From Eutreptiella sp. 'Long Island Sound 2002' (Eukaryota > Protista > Euglenida): DNA of 64,000 nt. The first letter of the stretch is position 1. Every line of letters begins with the position of its first letter. This document shows, in pieces, positions 58,900-64,000 of this stretch. A model generated the notes under the pieces. The model had not been told where the DNA came from, made no database searches, and saw only the letters and a list, made by a program, of their open reading frames with translations. Position numbers and translations under genes: made by a program. The DNA is taken from NCBI GenBank assembly GCA_964036045.1, contig OZ038378.1:14942001-15006000 (forward strand), given 5' to 3'.

Positions 58900-61650
58900 G
58901 TGTTCAGGTCTACTGAGAGAGGCACCGTGTGCTACTTTCACTGGTGCAAGCACTCTGACTTTGAAGAGCTGCACATGCTCAACAGGCCACTGATGGGCTC
59001 TCCAGCCACAGGCTTGGCTGACACCTTGGCGGCAGGTTTGGCGGCACTCTTGGCTGAGGGTTTGGCACGAGGTTTTGCAGCTTTGGGAGCGGGCTTGGCA
59101 GCGTTTGGCAGGGGCCTACAGGCCCTGTGGTAAGCAATCTGGTTCACAAACATCGCACATGAAGTACAGCTTTTCATTGGCAAACCCATTTACCAACCCT
59201 CATAGACCACACGCACTCTTTGCCTACACAATCTCAGTATCTGACGCACTGTCACTGTCACTTGGCAAGCACAACACCGCCCTCTGACCATTGGAATTGA
59301 CATCAGTACCAGCTGGGTACGGGTCAATATGATCCACATAGATGGCTGAGATTGGGAAAAAGTGTTCTGCATGGCACAGGGTACAGCATGCGGCCTTGCA
59401 TGCAATAAATGCCAATTACAAGCAATGCACCAATGAGACTACCTTGCCCAACCAGTAGAGACATGGGAGAACCTCAGTATTCAATCTTGCAATTGAGATT
59501 GGAAAACTCAAAGTGACGGTATCCCCCACCCATGTAGGAAATACACAGGTGGGTATTTCGCGCGGGGGGGGGGGGGGGGGGTGGCATGGCGGGGTGTGCG
59601 GACCCCTCCAAGCCTCTGCAGATGGATCACTGGCGGATCAGGACTGGATAAGGGGTGGTCATTGGACAAGTCCATGGATACTTTTGCATTGCAGGAAATT
59701 TCCTTCCAGTTCAACGTGCCAGAGGTGCGCCCATTTAGAGGGGAGGGGGGGGGGGGGGGTAGGATTTGGAGCGTTGTGAAGAATGCTCCACAGACAATGC
59801 AGTTGCCCTTGGGGGTGGGACAGGGGCCGAGTAGATAGCTCTGAAGATTTGGTTGGAACGGGAATAGGATGTGAAAGTCGCGTACTAGAGGCTCCTGGGT
59901 GCGTCACTACACTGTGATAAAGAGGGACCTACAGCACACTTGAACCACAACCAATCCCATCACTCAGGTGTGACATGAAAATTTGCAAAAATGGGTACAC
60001 GATGAGAAATCAGGGTATGACAATGGATACCTAGGTTGTAGCCCCCCCCCCCCCCCCGCCCTTGTATAGTAAGCGGCTGCACGATGGCATCCTTGCACCC
60101 CCGTGGGAACATACACCAAGTGACGGTTCCCTTGCCCCCCCTGATTACTATACCAGGGACACACGACACAAAACAAAAAATGCAGACACAAGGCATATGA
60201 ACCACAACACGACTGGATAGCAGGTTTAGCTCTTTGTTGAGGGTTTGGCACGAGATTTGGCAGTATTCGGAGCAGCCTTGGCAGGGGGCTTGGCAGGGGG
60301 CTCCAGCCCCCGTAGCAAGCAGTTTGCCACAGGAACATCGCGCATGGAATACAATTTTCCATTGGCAAAAACAGTTACCAATCCCCATACACCACGCGCA
60401 CTCTTTACCCACACAATCTCAGTGTCAAATGCACTGTCACTGTGTTCTTCAACACCACTTGGGAGACCACTTTCAACAGATGCGAACGACGAAACATCAG
60501 AATCTGTGGCATCCTGTAAAGCATCAGCCGATGGCCCTGAGCCTGAACTTGACCCTGAAGTACCTGTCCCATCACTATCACCTTCCGATGAACCCTCAGC
60601 AAATGAGATGGACCAGTGGTCAGCACCACGCTCTGAGGGGCCCAGATCCTTGGCAGGCACAATACTGCCCTCAGAACGTTGGAAGGTGACAACAGGACCA
60701 GGTGAGTACGTGTCAATATGATCCACATTCATGGCTGAAATTCCAAGAAACTGAAATGTTCTGCATGGTACAGGGTACAGTGGAGTGCCTTGGATGCAAG
60801 AAATCTGAAGTACACAGCAATGCACCAATAATACCACCATGTCCAGCCAGCAAACGCACAGGAGAAACTTAATATCCAACCTTCTGAGTAAACTCTATTG
60901 CCTTCGGCAAGGCACCTCGAAGAGAGGCTGACAGTCACCCATCATTCTTTTTTACGCGACCCGGTTCAAATCCTTCAAAGCGCAGACTTCTGACCCCCTC
61001 CCACCCACCCCCACCCCCCTAAAATGTGGTATTCAGTTTCAGGGGGATAGAAGCCTAAAAATCAAAAAATCCATCGGGGGATTGTTCTGACGGGCAAAAT
61101 AATGATTTTACAACGGGTTAGACACCCAACATCATGCCCTGGAGTATGCTCCCCCCCCCCCCTCATGCGCAAGCACAGGCAAGGTCACGAAAACGACGGT
61201 CACACCGGGTCCTGCTGCTTGGACAAAGTGGTGCTTGCGCGCAACGCGCGGTACCAAAAGGACGTATGTCACCAAAAACCTGCCCATACCTCACCCTAAG
61301 CACAATTGTCATAACAGGGCACTAGAACACATGTGCGGCATTTTTCAACAAGTTCTGGAGGTCCTCACTGCCCATCAGGGGGATCAGGATCTCCGGAATA
61401 GAAGCCCTTTCCAACCTTGCACCTCATCTTGAACAATTGCACATGCTTGCCCTCTGGGGCAGGCTTTGGAGCAGGCTTGGCTTCAGGTTTTGGAATGGGT
61501 TTTGGGCTTCCTATTCCTTGGTACAAAATTGTCATCAACAGTATCTTTGGTGAAGTAAAGCTTGCCCTCAAACACATGGCCAAGGCCCCAAATCCCACGG
61601 CCCGCTTTGGCCCACACAATCTGCACTTCATCATCCTCCCCAGAATCTGA
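58900..61650 (-). pseudogene. Three decayed copies of an 'IVW(A/V)K..RG.WGL..VF..KLYF' module with a Pro/Ala/Lys linker
   Basis: Copies are at about 58940-59450, 60230-60880 and 61400-61650: DTEIV*AKSACGL*GLVNGFANEKLYF, DTEIVWVKSARGVWGLVTVFANGKLYS and EVQIVWAKAGRGIWGLGHVFEGKLYF. The first two also share ISA.(Y/N)VDHID.Y upstream. Confidence 0.55.
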
Positions 61651-62010
61651 GCAACAAGGCGCGTGCCCACCGGTGGACCAGATGTACGTGACAGCCAAGC
61701 CGGGAGTGACATCAAAACAAACAGCAGTGGTTGGCAGTACCAAGCATAATGTTGTTATGAGCGGGAGGACTCATCCCAAACATGGCACAGCCCCTGTTTC
61801 TCTCTACAATCGGCACACAATCATATTCCGCTATGTTTCTAACCAGAAAAAGTGTGGTCAGAAAAACAACAGTCACACCAGGTCCCGGTGCTTAGACAAG
61901 GGGGTGTGTGCGCAAGGGGGAAGGGGGGTACGCGAACGACCCCCGAAAAAGGGGGGGGTGTACGGCGTCCGCGCCTGCGCATGATCTAACAACCTCTCTT
62001 CGAGGTGTTT
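60892..62010. mobile_element. Asymmetric-terminus element, copy 3, interrupted by a 779-bp insert (61151-61929)
   Basis: The family left end is at 60892. The right module breaks after ...GGAGTATGCT (61150) and resumes at ACGCGAACGACCCC (61930), whereas intact copies read GGTATGCTACGCGAATGACCCC. The right end is ...CTTCGAGGTG at 62007. Confidence 0.75.
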
Positions 62011-63297
62011 TGCAAAACAGAAAGTGATGGTCCCCTTGCCCCCCCTCCCCCGGCGTACTATACAAGGGCGCTTACTATACCAGGGGGGTGGTTGTTGGCA
62101 CGAGGCCATGGTGCTAGTTTGTTTGCCTTTGGCGGCGCCTATTGGCCTCTCGCCCTTACCCTCTGTGGGTCTAAACGTGTTTTGGTGCTGTCAATGGAGC
62201 CCCTGGATGGCTTGTCCTGTTTGACTACTCTGGGGTCCGCTGTCCCAGAGACGGGCTGTTGCCCGTGCCAGGGGGGGGGTGCGGTTAGTACATCAGATAC
62301 ACCCCGAGATGAAACCCCTGCACATCATGCAAATTGGCAGCAACATGCATTGGCTTCAATGCGGGCTACTGCTCAACTGGAAGAACTCACTCAAAGTAAA
62401 AGCTCTTTCCCACCTGATATGAAACTCTGGATATCACTGTGGCCAAGATGTTTACCAAACAACGCCCCATTCCCACACTCTGTCCAAGAGGGGCATAAGG
62501 CCCAGTCTCCCCTAGGTGTTGGAAGACAGTGGTGGCCTGGAAAACAATGATCCATGCAAACTGGGGATCATTTTGGGCCATATGTGTTGGGCTCCAACCA
62601 CCTCAACTGCCCTGCTGGCGGCCACCCGTGCCATCCCCTCGCCTCGTGCGCCTAGTACGCTCCCTTGCACATAATATACAGAAGCCCAATGGCAATGATG
62701 CTATAGCTGTGCATATATTCTGGACCGAGTGCCCATGCGAGCAGCATGTAGCACGCTTGGCACCATCTTGCACCACGAACCCCCCCCCCCCCCCGCGCCA
62801 CCAAAAAAAAACAAGAGGCCCTTATAGCCATGACACTTGCTCCTTGGCATGTAGACATGTGGGTAAAACAACTTAAAGGCCTCACAGGGGGGATGAGCGC
62901 CAGTACCGCTGATGGGCACATCAACCAAAAGCACATGCTGAGCAGTGATATGAAATGGCTGATCCGGTTTGCCCTGGAAAGGAGCAATGTACACAAGCGC
63001 GGACGCTTGGTATGACATGCCTCATGACATCCCTTATGATTTCCCTGATGCCATCCCTTATGTTGAAGGCGGAGTGGCAGGGGTGTGCAAGAGGCTGTTC
63101 GGGCCTGCAGCGAACTCAACTGAGCAGGGAATCATGCATGAGTGTGTGCAGACCCAACAGCCAGGAGCAGCTGTTTGCCCTCGGATCACTTGTGGTTGTT
63201 GCTGATCTACAGACTTGGGGTGGGCCATGACTGCTGATGCGTGTCGCAGTCGCACTCGCAAATAAAATTGACTATGCAGAAGACAGTTGCGAATCAA

Positions 63298-63898
63298 ATT
63301 CTATTGCCCCTGGCAAGGCACCTGGAAGAGAGTGCTAGAACACTAGAGTCAGTCAATTAGGCTGACAGTCAGCCAATCAGTCAGGCACGCAGGCACGCAG
63401 GCACGCAGTCAATGAGGCAGGCAGGCATGCAGGCAGAAACACCCAGTTTGGGTATTATGGTGTCACCCTCTATCTTCAGCTGGAGAAAAAGCAACAGTTA
63501 ACACATCCTGTCGGTGGTCGAGTGGAAAAACAAGCAATGTGCAAGCAGGCGGGCATCGGTTCAATTCTCGGACCGACGCCGCGGCCGCGCCGCAGTTTGT
63601 CCCTAGGCTGCTTGACACACCAGAGTTCGAATCCCACTAAGCACAAACTTTTGAAACCCCCCCCCCCACATCCACACCCACACACCCCCACATGCACCCC
63701 CCAAAAAAGTGGTACCCAAGTACCCAAGTACGGGGGGGGGGGGGGTTAGAGGGCTCAAAATCGAAAAATTTGCTGGGGGATCATTTGTCTCACATCCAAT
63801 ATCATGCCTGGGGTTGTGCTACGCGAACAACCCCCAAAAAGGGGATGTATGGTGTCTGCGCCTACACTTGATCTAACAACCTCTCTTTGAGGTGATTT
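63298..63898. mobile_element. Asymmetric-terminus element, copy 4 (divergent)
   Basis: The left end is ATTCTATTGCCCCTGGCAAGGCACCTGGAAGAGAG. It has degenerate tRNA-like boxes (GGTCGAGTGG; GGTTCAATTC; GAGTTCGAATCCC). The right end is GATCTAACAACCTCTCTTTGAGGTGATTT. Confidence 0.7.
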
Positions 63899-64000
63899 CA
63901 CCTTTTTCAGGTAATAGCACACTCTCTCTCGCACACCCTCTGGGCAGAACTCTCGTTCCTGTGAGGAACTCATGTTGGATGACCTCTTGTGGCAGTGCAC

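Overview
Eukaryotic, repeat-dense nuclear DNA with conventional GT-AG introns, many G/C homopolymer runs and microsatellites. There are no operons, rRNA genes, intact tRNA genes or CRISPR-Cas loci. A protist origin, possibly euglenozoan, is an inference from the retroelement architecture and start-proximal splice acceptors; it is not proven. Three host genes were reconstructed by hand, all on the minus strand: (1) an IQ-motif-rich protein that runs off the left edge; (2) a 2-exon, 419-aa type I membrane protein with four pacifastin-like Cys repeats; (3) a 5-exon, 397-aa secretory-pathway kinase of the PKDCC(VLK)/POMK type spread over 16 kb (39333-23267), which the ORF track shows only as fragments. 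The rest is a nested patchwork of mobile elements. A family with shared asymmetric termini (Helentron/Helitron2-like) has variable interiors, including convergent tRNA-derived pairs and a captured coding fragment. There are also hAT-type remnants and a MITE, a split L1-like retrotransposon with RNase H, DIRS-order (VIPER/TATE-like) gag/YR and RT-RNase H fragments, and a dispersed family of decayed ORFs with Tudor/SH3-like modules. All domain calls come from motif recognition by eye; no searches were run.
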